Shown: piece by piece, positions 48,303 to 57,780 of the stretch | Position numbering within the stretch: position 1 is the stretch's first letter | Layout of the letters: each line of letters begins with the position of its first letter | Virus record (IMG/VR): IMGVR_UViG_3300042731_006881 | Span: 25,748-89,747 of that record | DNA from: a virus | Direction: 5' to 3' (one strand) | Length of the DNA stretch: 64,000 nt | Position numbers and translations under genes: made by a program | The notes under the pieces: generated by a model | The model's database searches: none | What the model was told of the DNA's origin: nothing | Seen by the model: the letters and a program-made list of their open reading frames with translations, nothing else

Positions 48303-49160
48303 ATGCAGGCTAGTCATGTAATCCATGCTGCAACAGCAGACTCTACTCCGTGCGACAGCTTTGGGGTTGAGATACCCAGTCGAGGATCTGGTTACTGTGC
48401 CGCATGCGGCAGGCCAGCTTACTATTCAATTGCTGATACGCTGTCGGACAATTTCACTACGGTAAAGAACGCGAGCCGAGCATGGCCATTCGGTGGCGGA
48501 GCCACATGCGCAGCATGCGTATTTGCAGCTCGCACGCTTCGCCTTCGGTGCGCAGCATGGTGGGCAACCGAGAGTAGCATTCGTTTCTGGAGGACGCGGG
48601 CAATAGTTGGACAAGAGAAGAATCCTGGTCTACACAAGCAAGCTGCAGACTGGTGGAATCCAGACAGCACTAGCCAACCAGACGGAGTGCTCGAGCTATG
48701 CGATCCGCCGGATCCTCCATTTGTTGCAGCGGTCCCACTTGCTGGAATATCCCATGGCGGAGAAACACACGTGATGCGTGCATGGTGGCCAGGCGAGAAA
48801 GAGCACCAGTCTGGCTATCTTTCCAAGCTTCAATCCAAGCACGTTGCCATCTACGCGCGTGTAGCTACGCGCCGAGAACGCTACCCGCTGCAGGTTGACG
48901 ACCTGATGGACGTCGTGGTGGACGTGGCTCTGTGGCTCGACCTGCACGATGATGCGATAGGGCTACTGGATGACATGGTCGGTTCTTGGCCGAGCGCGAA
49001 GCGCCAAGCGATACTCACGCTTAACCCACCAATTCTAGCTCCGCTCGGTCTAGTGCGAGACTGGAATAACCGCGTTCGGCGTTTGCGCCAGCACGCACAC
49101 AAAACGTGGTGGCCGCTATTCGTCGGCCTTCTGCCAGTGAGGAATGATGGAACGACCTAA
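48303..49160 (+). CDS. csf1: Type IV CRISPR large subunit Csf1 (Cas8-like)
   Basis: CAACG...NFT...CAAC Zn motifs, DPPDPPFV, QSKHV; directly upstream of csf2. Confidence 0.75.
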   Translation: MQASHVIHAATADSTPCDSFGVEIPSRGSGYCAACGRPAYYSIADTLSDNFTTVKNASRAWPFGGGATCAACVFAARTLRLRCAAWWATESSIRFWRTRAIVGQEKNPGLHKQAADWWNPDSTSQPDGVLELCDPPDPPFVAAVPLAGISHGGETHVMRAWWPGEKEHQSGYLSKLQSKHVAIYARVATRRERYPLQVDDLMDVVVDVALWLDLHDDAIGLLDDMVGSWPSAKRQAILTLNPPILAPLGLVRDWNNRVRRLRQHAHKTWWPLFVGLLPVRNDGTT

Positions 49161-50583
49161 GAAGCGAATGGATCCGAAGAAGCTCGAGCAGTCGCCAGCA
49201 ACCCAGAGAGTTCTGCTATTTTACCTAGTTCGCGGCATCATCGCAGCGGTGTCGAAGGATCGTGTCGGCGAACGGCGCTACCGGGGGCTCGCTGCTGAAC
49301 TGAAGGATGCTCTGCTCCCCATCATCGTCGCGAAGCGCCACCCGATGGGGTTCGCCAATGCGCTAGCAAATCGCTTCCGCGTCGACTTGGCCGGCGGCGA
49401 GGACAGCTACCCGGTTGAGTTGTGCACCCCAGACTGGCACATGCGCTGGGACCGCGCTGTCTCTGCTCTCGACTACAGCGCGATGCGCTCCACCATCGAG
49501 GAGAACCCAGCATTCGTTGCCCAGTTCGCAGTCGGATTCTACGAGACGGTTGACGATCTACGAGAAGACCATGAGCTGATCATTGAATACGACCTGCCAG
49601 ATGCTCCAGATGCATTCACCGTTGAGTTGCCAGGCCATGATGTTGTTCGACCACGCGAGTACACTGCAGTGTGGACACTGCTTTCGCCACTCGCGCACGG
49701 CGCAGACGAGAAATGCGGAAACGCAAAGATGTTCCGCCGCGAGCACGCATACGATGCCATAACAGGGCGGTTTCACCAAGTTCCATTCATCGCCGGGAAC
49801 GCCGTGCGCGGTGCGTGGCGCGACATGGTGATGGGTCGGTGGCTCGAGCTAATCGGCTTGAGCGAGACAGAACTCCCTCCGTCGAAGGCGCACGCACTCC
49901 TAGCTGGAGGAAGCGTTGCTGCTGGGTCCGACACCGGCGTTGCTGACCCGGTTGTCCGCGCTGAAGCGCGCGAACTGTGCCCTGCGTGGGACCTGTTTGC
50001 TGGCTGCATCGAGCAGCAGATCATGTCAGGCCGCGCCCGCGTTGGCGATGCGACGTTGGTGTGTCGAGAAAATGCCTGGCGTGTTGGTGACGCCCTGGCT
50101 CCAGGAGAGGACTCTAGGGAACTAGCATGTCGTCTTCCAGAGGCGTCAAACTGCACATCACTCAGACTCGGTACGCGCCAGGCGCACAAGGATATCCCAG
50201 AGTCTGATGGGAGCCAGATGCTGTTTAACACCGAGGTGCTCGTAGCCGGCTGTCAGATGGTACACCGCGTCGCGCTGTGTGGTCTGAGCGGAATCAGTGA
50301 CGTGACACAGGCGTGTTTATCAGACCTGCTCAGCGCCTTCGCCGAGTCTCCATACGTCGGGGCGCAAGCGTCGCATGGATTCGGAAAGGTGGCATTCGCG
50401 CCATACCAGCCGCAAGGCGGAGCACCAGAACTACAGCCACCAAGCATCTACCTGGAATACGTGGCGAGGCGACGAGAAGAAATGCGCGAGTGGGCGATGC
50501 GACCAGCAGTACAAGCGTCCACGAAGAAGGCTGCAAAGCGCGGGAAGGGGAAGCGCAGTGCCGATACTGCCAACTCTGGCTGA
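49147..50583 (+). CDS. csf2: Type IV Cas7 (Csf2) with ~165-aa N-terminal helical extension (probable Cas11 fusion)
   Basis: TLLSPLAHG, VPFIAGNAVRGAWRD, LLAGG, LFAG, GRARVG, QMLFNTEVLVAG, G-rich VGAQASHGFG. Confidence 0.88.
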   Translation: MERPKKRMDPKKLEQSPATQRVLLFYLVRGIIAAVSKDRVGERRYRGLAAELKDALLPIIVAKRHPMGFANALANRFRVDLAGGEDSYPVELCTPDWHMRWDRAVSALDYSAMRSTIEENPAFVAQFAVGFYETVDDLREDHELIIEYDLPDAPDAFTVELPGHDVVRPREYTAVWTLLSPLAHGADEKCGNAKMFRREHAYDAITGRFHQVPFIAGNAVRGAWRDMVMGRWLELIGLSETELPPSKAHALLAGGSVAAGSDTGVADPVVRAEARELCPAWDLFAGCIEQQIMSGRARVGDATLVCRENAWRVGDALAPGEDSRELACRLPEASNCTSLRLGTRQAHKDIPESDGSQMLFNTEVLVAGCQMVHRVALCGLSGISDVTQACLSDLLSAFAESPYVGAQASHGFGKVAFAPYQPQGGAPELQPPSIYLEYVARRREEMREWAMRPAVQASTKKAAKRGKGKRSADTANSG

Positions 50584-51268
50584 GCGGTGGTGGCCCAGGA
50601 GAGTGTCTCAGGTGACCGTCCGCTGCTGGATGCGGTCACCTGTCGCATGGGACACCTACGACGGACTCACTCTCGAGGGTGCGCTACAGTGTTCGGTCGT
50701 CATGATCGAGACCGGAAAGACACCTGACGACGCCTTCGCCGGCTACACCGGTCCGAAGATCGACATCCCGATTCCGATTGCTGACGTAGAGTTGAATGGC
50801 AGCAAGGTGTCGCTGTCGTCATGGGCACACCCGTGTCGCAGCGCAATCGAGGCGGTTCGAGTTCGGCGCCGTCGGCTTCGCACAGACGCCATCGGAGGAA
50901 AATCGAAGGTCCGATACAACCAGGGTCCATTCAAGTGCGCGCAGCTTCCGACGCCAATTCTCGTCACGCCGTACATTGACTTCTTCGTCGACGGGGACGT
51001 CGAGCTGCTGCGTGAGCTGCTCTCCGACTCCATAATGTTGGGCCGTTCTCGTGGTGGCGGATTGGGTTGGGTATATGGCTGCGAGTTCCTTCCGCGAGAT
51101 GGCGACGTCCTGGTTCGCGGAGGAGCCTTGACCAGAACCGTTCCTGCTGGAAGCGTATCCGACGTTGACCCGTCAAAATACATTGAACGAGAAGCGACGA
51201 CGCGAGCACCGTACTGGCATCGGGCGACACGCCAGATGTGCTGGGTTCCGGTGATGAGGGAATCATGA
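50558..51268 (+). CDS. csf3: Type IV Cas5 (Csf3)
   Basis: MRSPVA, LTLEGAL, FFVDGD, LGRSRGGGLGWV, RAPYWH; GTG start 50558 overlaps csf2. Confidence 0.82.
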   Translation: MPILPTLAERWWPRRVSQVTVRCWMRSPVAWDTYDGLTLEGALQCSVVMIETGKTPDDAFAGYTGPKIDIPIPIADVELNGSKVSLSSWAHPCRSAIEAVRVRRRRLRTDAIGGKSKVRYNQGPFKCAQLPTPILVTPYIDFFVDGDVELLRELLSDSIMLGRSRGGGLGWVYGCEFLPRDGDVLVRGGALTRTVPAGSVSDVDPSKYIEREATTRAPYWHRATRQMCWVPVMRES

Positions 51269-51867
51269 AATCGGCAAGCAAGTCTGCCCTCGCTGCCCTT
51301 CGAAAGTGCGTCGATTCAAGCCTCAGCGAGTCCGCTCGGGTGGAGCTGTACAACGCCATGTCAACGCTGCTTGGGGAGCTGGTAGCCGACATCTCCCCGG
51401 ACCCTGCCGCGTCACCTCGTCTTCTCGCCACCGACACCGTAGAAGGGAATGACTACAACCCGAACAGGGTAGCAGACCCAGAACTAGATCTACTGGAACA
51501 AAGCATGCGCGCCGACGGCATCACGATGGCTGTCGTGGTGATGCCGGACGGAACTGTAGTAGACGGCTTTCACCGTCGAACTGTCGCTGGCGCAAGGCTT
51601 GGTCGCCGATACATCCCATGCTCCGTGATCGACCGACCGATCGCAGACCGCATGGCTTCAACCGTGCGCCACAACAGGGCACGCGGAAAGCACCAGGTGG
51701 AACTTATGGCTCACCTGGTGCGAGGCATGCTCGAACTCGGGTGGGATGACGAGAAGATCGCTAACGCGCTCGGTATGAGCGTTGAGGAATTGCTCCGGCT
51801 GAAGCAGATGGTCGGGGCTGCCAGGCTGCTCGCAGGAGAGCAGTACACCAGGACGTGGGACCCGTGA
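51265..51867 (+). CDS. ParB/Srx-domain IbrB-like protein
   Basis: NDYNPNRVA..ELDLL..S...DG, VVDGFHR, RMASTVRHNRARGKH. Confidence 0.88.
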   Translation: MKSASKSALAALRKCVDSSLSESARVELYNAMSTLLGELVADISPDPAASPRLLATDTVEGNDYNPNRVADPELDLLEQSMRADGITMAVVVMPDGTVVDGFHRRTVAGARLGRRYIPCSVIDRPIADRMASTVRHNRARGKHQVELMAHLVRGMLELGWDDEKIANALGMSVEELLRLKQMVGAARLLAGEQYTRTWDP

Positions 51868-52634
51868 TCGTACTGTGTGCTGACACCGCAGCAGCTCCGG
51901 TTCGAGCACGGCGTGCGCTGTGCGTTCGTCACAAATCATATGAGGCTCCGAACAGCTGCCGCAACATCGTTCTGTGGGACGACTTTCAGGGCTCTTGGAA
52001 GTCACAGTTACACGGGTTTGACACGCTTGTGGTAGTCGGACTGAGCCGCATCATCACGCCTTCGAACCGAGTCAAGGTCGGACAGGTCCTGATGCGCCCC
52101 ATCGACGGCGTTCGGAGAATCTCGGTTGACCGCACGATGTTCATCTCAGAGCCGTGGCGCCTATTCTGGCACTTCAGCTGCATCCGACAGCCGTACCAAG
52201 AGCTTACGGACAGCTATCTTGCGGAGACCCGCTACAAGCAGTCTCTCGATGGATTCCGTGAGGATCCGTTTTCGCTCGCCGAGATCAAGGCGTACTCAGA
52301 CGGAAAAATTCAGGCGCATGGACATCCGTTCTTCGAGTCGTTCGAGGTGACTCGAGTGCCCGTCTCGCAGGAGTGGCACCGTCGGTATGCTGCAGAGAAG
52401 GCGTCAGCGTTCGATGAGGAGCACACACCATCTGCCATCATCAAGCGGCTGGAAGCGGTATCGAGAGAGGCGCTGAAGGATCGCAAGATCCCAACACCAT
52501 CTCGGCTTTTTGCTAACCGTCACCCCGTCGCAATTCAGTCTGACCTGAAGGTGGACGATTTCCTCGTCGGGCGCCTTCGTTACCTAGTTGAGCTCACCAA
52601 TGGCATCCACGAAGCATTTCAACCGCGAGCGTGA
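51864..52634 (+). CDS. Hypothetical protein between IbrB-like and IbrA-like genes
   Basis: GTGA-coupled to the IbrB-like gene and overlaps the IbrA-like start. Confidence 0.6.
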   Translation: MIVLCADTAAAPVRARRALCVRHKSYEAPNSCRNIVLWDDFQGSWKSQLHGFDTLVVVGLSRIITPSNRVKVGQVLMRPIDGVRRISVDRTMFISEPWRLFWHFSCIRQPYQELTDSYLAETRYKQSLDGFREDPFSLAEIKAYSDGKIQAHGHPFFESFEVTRVPVSQEWHRRYAAEKASAFDEEHTPSAIIKRLEAVSREALKDRKIPTPSRLFANRHPVAIQSDLKVDDFLVGRLRYLVELTNGIHEAFQPRA

Positions 52635-53685
52635 GGATGTTCTTACAGCAGCTCGTAGGCGCATGTCGATGGTGTTCGACGAGTTCAAACACGTTGTCGT
52701 TAGCGTTTCAGGAGGGAAGGACAGTTCGGTGATCCGTGAGCTGGCGATCGATGAAGCATGCCGCCGAGGCCGCCGCGTATCGATGTTCTTCCTTGACCAA
52801 GAAGCGGAGTACGCAAGCACTGTGTCGATCATGCGCGACTGGATGCACGACACTCGTATAGACCCGATGTGGTACCAGGTTCCAATTCGCATGACCAACG
52901 CAACCAGCCATGCAGAGTACTGGCTGCGCGCTTGGTGGGATGGTGAAGAGTGGATGCGTGAGAAGGACCCAAACGCGATTACCGCTATCGGAGAGAAATA
53001 CCCAACTCGATTCTATGACTTCTTCGAGTGGATGGAGATGCGATCACCGACATCCACAGCCTTCGTGGTTGGGATGCGCGCTCGTGAGTCGCTCAATCGC
53101 CACCGCTCCACAACGAAAGTTGCTGGGTACAGTGACTGGACTTGGAGCACGAAAACGAAGAACCCAGGAGTATTCCGTGTCTACCCGATATACGACTGGT
53201 TTTTTGGAGACGTTTGGAAATTCATCGCAGACAACGGGATATCGTACAACACGCACTATGATAGGATGTTCGCCAAGCATGGCGCAGACGAGAAACGGAT
53301 GCGAGTGTCGAACCTCATCCACGAGCAGGCGTTTCAATGCCTGGCTGATCTTCAGGAGTTCGAACCAGACACATATGATCTACTTATAAAGAGGCTTGGT
53401 GGAGTTCACGCAGCGGCTCTCTATGCTCGCGAGAAGAGTATTTATTCAGCAGGCGAACTCCCGGATACGTTTCCATCGTGGTTGACCTACCGCGACTACC
53501 TTCTAGCCAGCACCCCATGCGACAAAATCGATCGCTTTCGAAAGCGCTTTTCGAAGCAGCCACAAGACGAAGAGACGTACCGCCAGCAGTGCCGTCAAAT
53601 TCTACGCAACGACTGGGAGAACAACGTCCCGGTTCCAAACACGAGAAAGGAAAGGTTGAGGGAGGTATGGTGGGAGAGATTGTAG
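52600..53685 (+). CDS. IbrA-like PAPS reductase family protein (DUF3440)
   Basis: DVLTAARRR, SVSGGKDS, FLDQEAEY, GMRARESLNR, YPIYDW...DVW, MRVS. Confidence 0.9.
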   Translation: MASTKHFNREREDVLTAARRRMSMVFDEFKHVVVSVSGGKDSSVIRELAIDEACRRGRRVSMFFLDQEAEYASTVSIMRDWMHDTRIDPMWYQVPIRMTNATSHAEYWLRAWWDGEEWMREKDPNAITAIGEKYPTRFYDFFEWMEMRSPTSTAFVVGMRARESLNRHRSTTKVAGYSDWTWSTKTKNPGVFRVYPIYDWFFGDVWKFIADNGISYNTHYDRMFAKHGADEKRMRVSNLIHEQAFQCLADLQEFEPDTYDLLIKRLGGVHAAALYAREKSIYSAGELPDTFPSWLTYRDYLLASTPCDKIDRFRKRFSKQPQDEETYRQQCRQILRNDWENNVPVPNTRKERLREVWWERL

Positions 53686-54323
53686 CGTGGAGCGACGTTG
53701 CCATCGTCATCCCGACGATGGAGGAACGGTCGCATCTGCTGTGTCAGCTTGTGGCAGAGCTGCAGCGCGAGTGTCGAGGAGCACAAATTGCCGTCCACTA
53801 CCACGAGCCAGGATCATCGGCGCGGGTAGACTTCCCAGAGACCATCGATCTCGGAATCACAACGGACCGCCGCTGGATCCTGCAGGTCGAGGACGATGTG
53901 TGGCTGTGCCCTGAATTCGGAGATCGGTGCCTGGGCGGAATCCGATACGCTGAGGCGTCCGACGTCTCAGCCGTGACATTCTTCAGTCGTTCGAAGCGCG
54001 ACGTAGAAATGCTATCAATCGGAAAAACTTGGCGCACTCAGTCGCCAGCGTCTTTCTGCATGATGCAGTGCGTGTCGCTGAAAACCGACGCACTACGAGG
54101 GTTTTCTGCATGGGCTCCGACCTGGTACAACGATCCTCGCAATAGCCACCACCAGCACGCCGCAGACCTACTGCTCGGTGCGTGGCTGTCGCGCAACAAG
54201 CGCAAAATGCTGGCTCACATCCCATCATTGGTGCAGCACAGAAAGGTGAAATCGACACTTACTGGTCACCGTGGAGCCAGGCAATCTGATACGTACAGTA
54301 TAGCGTTCGGTGAGGCCCCATGA
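53667..54323 (+). CDS. GT-A fold glycosyltransferase-like protein
   Basis: IVIPT, LQVEDD (DxD-like), PSLVQH. Confidence 0.7.
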   Translation: MVGEIVAWSDVAIVIPTMEERSHLLCQLVAELQRECRGAQIAVHYHEPGSSARVDFPETIDLGITTDRRWILQVEDDVWLCPEFGDRCLGGIRYAEASDVSAVTFFSRSKRDVEMLSIGKTWRTQSPASFCMMQCVSLKTDALRGFSAWAPTWYNDPRNSHHQHAADLLLGAWLSRNKRKMLAHIPSLVQHRKVKSTLTGHRGARQSDTYSIAFGEAP

Positions 54324-54661
54324 AGATCAACGATCTGGTCAACGCTGCCGCTTCCGAGGGGTGGCGTGTGCGTCCGCCAGAGTTGGAGAAACACCCGATC
54401 CTCAGTGATAGAGGGGATGTTGTAGGTTTTTTTTGCCCTCATTCAGCAGGCAGAGGAAGGTGGCGTGTTGGACCAATCTATGTGCACCCATCACACCGCG
54501 GTCGCGGGCTCGCTGCGCAGGCATACTCTTGGGCTGACGGAGTTCCTCTGGTAGCGTACACGCACGTCGACAACAAGGCGTCCGCTCGGGTGCACGAAAA
54601 GCTCGGCTTCGTCCGCTGGTACACCACACGCTCAGGCGGGCAGTACTGGAAACGTGACTGA
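54320..54661 (+). CDS. GNAT acetyltransferase
   Basis: IYVHPSHRGRGLA, NKASARVHEKLGF. Confidence 0.9.
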   Translation: MKINDLVNAAASEGWRVRPPELEKHPILSDRGDVVGFFCPHSAGRGRWRVGPIYVHPSHRGRGLAAQAYSWADGVPLVAYTHVDNKASARVHEKLGFVRWYTTRSGGQYWKRD

Positions 54662-55460
54662 GCCACGCATCACCGACCACGACCGCCGCATCTGGAGGTC
54701 GTGGTCGGTGACTGCGCGCATGCACTCGCGAACTCGCCATCACAAGCGGCGAGTTGAGAAGGCTCGCGCAGTGGTCTCCGATTTCATCGACCGCGATCCG
54801 TCCGCGATCGTCATGTGGAGCGGAGGGAAGGACTCAACTGCGATGACACATCTCGCGCTTGGTGTCTGTCCCACCATAGATGTCATCAGCGAAAAGGACG
54901 ACCTAGACTATCCTGGTGAGCGTGACTATGTAGAGTGCCTAGCGCGTAAGTGGGTCGCTCAACTCACCATAGTTGAGCCTGCTGTGTCCCCAGCAGAGTG
55001 GATGCGCAAGAACGGACTCTCACTCGCTCCTGGAGACGATATCCACGGAAGGGCTGCAGCAATGAGTAAGGATTGCTTCTATAGCGTCGTCGAGGGTGAA
55101 ACAGCAGGGCGCGGTATCATGCTAGGTCTACGCGCTGAGGAGTCCAAGGGTCGCACCGCAAACAGAGCTACCCGTGGTCTCATCTACCACGCTCGCAATC
55201 AGTTGGTAGCGACTCCTCTTGCTGACTGGTCAGGGCTGGACGTGTACGCATACTGTGAGTCGCATGGGATTGAGCTGCTTCCACTCTATCAGTGCGTATC
55301 GCTCATGCACGCGCGTGAGCCGTGGAGACTGCGAAAATCGTGGTGGGTTCCTGGTGCTCATGGGATGACGGGATCAGTCCAGTGGCTCAGACACTACTAC
55401 CCGTCACTGTACTCCAAGCTTGTTCAGTGGTCGCCATCGTCACAATCGCTAGGTGCATGA
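54654..55460 (+). CDS. CysH-like PAPS reductase family protein (type IV-B associated)
   Basis: WSGGKDS PP-loop, GLRAEESKGR, PLADWSGLDVYAY, WLRHYYP. Confidence 0.85.
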   Translation: MTEPRITDHDRRIWRSWSVTARMHSRTRHHKRRVEKARAVVSDFIDRDPSAIVMWSGGKDSTAMTHLALGVCPTIDVISEKDDLDYPGERDYVECLARKWVAQLTIVEPAVSPAEWMRKNGLSLAPGDDIHGRAAAMSKDCFYSVVEGETAGRGIMLGLRAEESKGRTANRATRGLIYHARNQLVATPLADWSGLDVYAYCESHGIELLPLYQCVSLMHAREPWRLRKSWWVPGAHGMTGSVQWLRHYYPSLYSKLVQWSPSSQSLGA

Positions 55461-55466
55461 TCCTGC

Positions 55467-55495
55467 TTGCGTCCGTCGTTCGCCGTGACCACAAT
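55467..55495 (+). promoter_or_regulatory. Promoter of the RHH gene
   Basis: TTGCGT-17-CACAAT; shares CTTGCGTCCGTC with the promoter at 55712. Confidence 0.55.
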
Positions 55496-55503
55496 ACCGT
55501 GTG

Positions 55504-55692
55504 ATGGCACGACGAGCAATCAAGCAAGGGCGGACAGCCAGACTAGAGTTCCGGCTCAGTGACGACGAGCGCGAGTTGGTGGAGATCGTGGCCGAGTCGC
55601 TCGGCTTCGACAAGCCGGGCACGTGGGCGCGGTCGATCGTGCTAGGAGAGGCCAGGAAACTCCGTAATAAGTTGGCGTCCGAAGAAAAATGA
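55504..55692 (+). CDS. Ribbon-helix-helix regulator
   Basis: RLEFRLSDDERELVEIVAESLG...WAR. Confidence 0.7.
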   Translation: MARRAIKQGRTARLEFRLSDDERELVEIVAESLGFDKPGTWARSIVLGEARKLRNKLASEEK

Positions 55693-55711
55693 GGAAATCG
55701 ACGGCTCTCTC

Positions 55712-55739
55712 TTGCGTCCGTCAGCGGACGGTGTATAAT
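55712..55739 (+). promoter_or_regulatory. Promoter with palindrome, leaderless ORF downstream
   Basis: TTGCGT-16-TATAAT, CGTCCG-TCAG-CGGACG; ATG 55747 lies 7 nt after the -10. Confidence 0.65.
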
Positions 55740-55746
55740 ACCTATC

Positions 55747-55962
55747 ATGACGACGCAAGAGACCACCAAGATGACCGAGTTCGAGACCAGCACCCTTGGC
55801 ACATGGCGCCGCGGCGACGACACACTGACTGCCATGTACTTCGATGTGGACGCCATCCGCATCGTCAACAGCAAGGGAGACGACTTCGTGGTGAGCGTTC
55901 GGGAGTGGATGTCTCGCTATGACGGCATCCGAGACGCTGGATTCACCCGCGCGGCTCACTGA
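55747..55962 (+). CDS. Small hypothetical protein
   Basis: Follows the promoter; hairpin GGCCCC-TTCG-GGGGCC after the stop. Confidence 0.5.
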   Translation: MTTQETTKMTEFETSTLGTWRRGDDTLTAMYFDVDAIRIVNSKGDDFVVSVREWMSRYDGIRDAGFTRAAH

Positions 55963-56050
55963 CCAACCAGGGCCCCTTCGGGGGCCCACTAGACATTGGG
56001 GATTTCCCATACCTGGAACGGGACTGCAGTGGCCGCGACGCGGAGACACG

Positions 56051-56350
56051 ATGACCTACTACCGAATTCAGCCAGCTGGCTGTGCCCTCGTTGGGCACAA
56101 TAGCGAAGACTGGGATGGCACCGTCATGCCGGGTCGAGTCTGCGCCTACTCGGACCCTGAGCTGTTACTGTCAGGGGAAGGCGACGACTGGTTCCGGAAT
56201 GAGGTATCTGGTTCTGAGGTGGTTGAGTTCGATGGCATCGACCCCGAGTGGCTTGCTGTGGCGAACGCTGGCGTCAGCGTTGTCCCAGTCCGTGAACTCC
56301 GTCGCGCGCCGGCAAGCGAGTGGCTTGCTCGGCGCGGGTGGGAGCCGTGA
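56051..56350 (+). CDS. Hypothetical protein
   Basis: RBS GGAG, start MTYYRIQ. Confidence 0.5.
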   Translation: MTYYRIQPAGCALVGHNSEDWDGTVMPGRVCAYSDPELLLSGEGDDWFRNEVSGSEVVEFDGIDPEWLAVANAGVSVVPVRELRRAPASEWLARRGWEP

Positions 56351-56462
56351 GGAGTTGAGACTACCGGGCAGGCGTCCTCCTGCTCGACGGTATCCTGCCA
56401 GGCTTTACGAGCCCTGGAGGAGGAGACTAGTGAACTAAATCGCCACCCGCATCGTTTTCTTG

Positions 56463-56491
56463 TTGCGCGCGCTGATATCAGCGCGCATAAT
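56463..56491 (+). promoter_or_regulatory. Promoter with 20-bp perfect palindrome
   Basis: TTGCGC-17-CATAAT; GCGCGCTGATATCAGCGCGC 56467-56486. Confidence 0.65.
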
Positions 56492-56536
56492 GGTTGGTGT
56501 CAGCGCGGGGATTCGTTGCCCCGCCAAGGAGGACCA

Positions 56537-56905
56537 ATGGCGTTTTTTGGAACAGAGACAGAGACCTATTACGTGTCGTCACTCAGCGGGCGCATTTATC
56601 TCATCAGCTCCGAGTGCTCCGAGTGCCGAGAGCTCCCAGATGGGGCAGAGGAGGTCACCATGACAGGCGCAATAGCGCATGACGTTCCTCGAGAAGTTTT
56701 CACGAACGACGAGATGTCTTCGTCACAACTCTGGGAGCTGTACTGTGGACAGAACCCCAGCGAATTCATGTCAGGATTGGACGATTTGGGCGACGCGGTT
56801 CACGCCTACGTCTCCGAGTGCGAGTTTTTCACTCACGTCTCCGACGCTGGGCGTGAGTGGATCCAGAAGCGGCTGATTGAGCACGCTGAGAGCGAGCTAG
56901 CCTGA
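56537..56905 (+). CDS. Acidic hypothetical protein
   Basis: RBS AAGGAGG, start MAFFGTE. Confidence 0.55.
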   Translation: MAFFGTETETYYVSSLSGRIYLISSECSECRELPDGAEEVTMTGAIAHDVPREVFTNDEMSSSQLWELYCGQNPSEFMSGLDDLGDAVHAYVSECEFFTHVSDAGREWIQKRLIEHAESELA

Positions 56906-56992
56906 GACCTCAGCCACCCCCCACTCATCATACGAGCGGGGGGTAGCGGGGGCCTGAGTGCCACCGACTGGAGACGACGCAATGGGTGGAGG

Positions 56993-57325
56993 ATGAAGCA
57001 ACGAACAAATGACGAGCTCTTGGCGCTCCGCGCTGAGATCAACTCGGAGCTAGCCCGACGCGCTGGCACCGGGATTAAAGTCTGGAGCGATCGCGACGGG
57101 CGCGTCGCGGACACGCCCGACGGCGGAGCAATGCTGAAAGTTCGATGGCGCACGGGGTCATCGCACACTTGGTATCAGAATGTAGTGGCCGCTGAAGCGG
57201 GGCTCGTCGCGCTGGCAGACAAGCACAGGATAGTACCGAACAGAAGTCTAGACGGCAGATTTGCCGTCGATCTAACCTGCGACGGATGTGCCTCATTTGA
57301 GGCATGGGTGGAGGATTGGTCGTGA
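56993..57325 (+). CDS. Hypothetical protein
   Basis: RBS GGAGG. Confidence 0.5.
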   Translation: MKQRTNDELLALRAEINSELARRAGTGIKVWSDRDGRVADTPDGGAMLKVRWRTGSSHTWYQNVVAAEAGLVALADKHRIVPNRSLDGRFAVDLTCDGCASFEAWVEDWS

Positions 57326-57780
57326 TGACAACGATAGGAGAGACAATGAACATGATCCAAAAGCGAGTCGTTCGTGACCTCGCGGCTCACGGCCTCTACG
57401 AGGAGGCGCGCCGAGGACTTGCGCGGGACCTCGTGCCAATACTCGCCGCTGATCAGGATCCCCAGGTTCGTGCTCAGGTCTCCAGAACCTGTTCGGATGC
57501 GTACAACGAAGACGTGAGCGCGATCCCTCTCGAGGTACTGAGGACGCTCGCATCCGACCCAGACCCTGGTGTCCGGGAGGCGGTTGCTTATAGCAACCAT
57601 CCTGGGATATGTTTCGATCTTCTCGCCGACCCTTGTTCTGATGTCCGCGCAGGGGTCGCGTATTGGGGTCCGCGTTCCTGCGTGCGCAAGCTACGCAGGG
57701 ACAAGGACCCGGAGGTCCAGAAGTATGTCGCCTGGCGCGACAATGAGCCAAAATGGGATCTCTCACGGAGGTGGAGATGA
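57325..57780 (+). CDS. HEAT-like repeat protein
   Basis: LAADQDPQVR, LASDPDPGVR, LLADPCSDVR, RRDKDPEVQ; start uncertain. Confidence 0.7.
   Translation: MTTIGETMNMIQKRVVRDLAAHGLYEEARRGLARDLVPILAADQDPQVRAQVSRTCSDAYNEDVSAIPLEVLRTLASDPDPGVREAVAYSNHPGICFDLLADPCSDVRAGVAYWGPRSCVRKLRRDKDPEVQKYVAWRDNEPKWDLSRRWR

Noticed and set aside
51265-51867. Plasmid-prophage partition ParB
   Set aside because: No ParA; motifs and linkage to an IbrA-like gene indicate the IbrB family
54654-55460. Sulfate-assimilation CysH as an auxiliary metabolic gene
   Set aside because: Lacks the C-terminal ECG(L/I)H motif, no other cys genes are present, and the context is type IV-B
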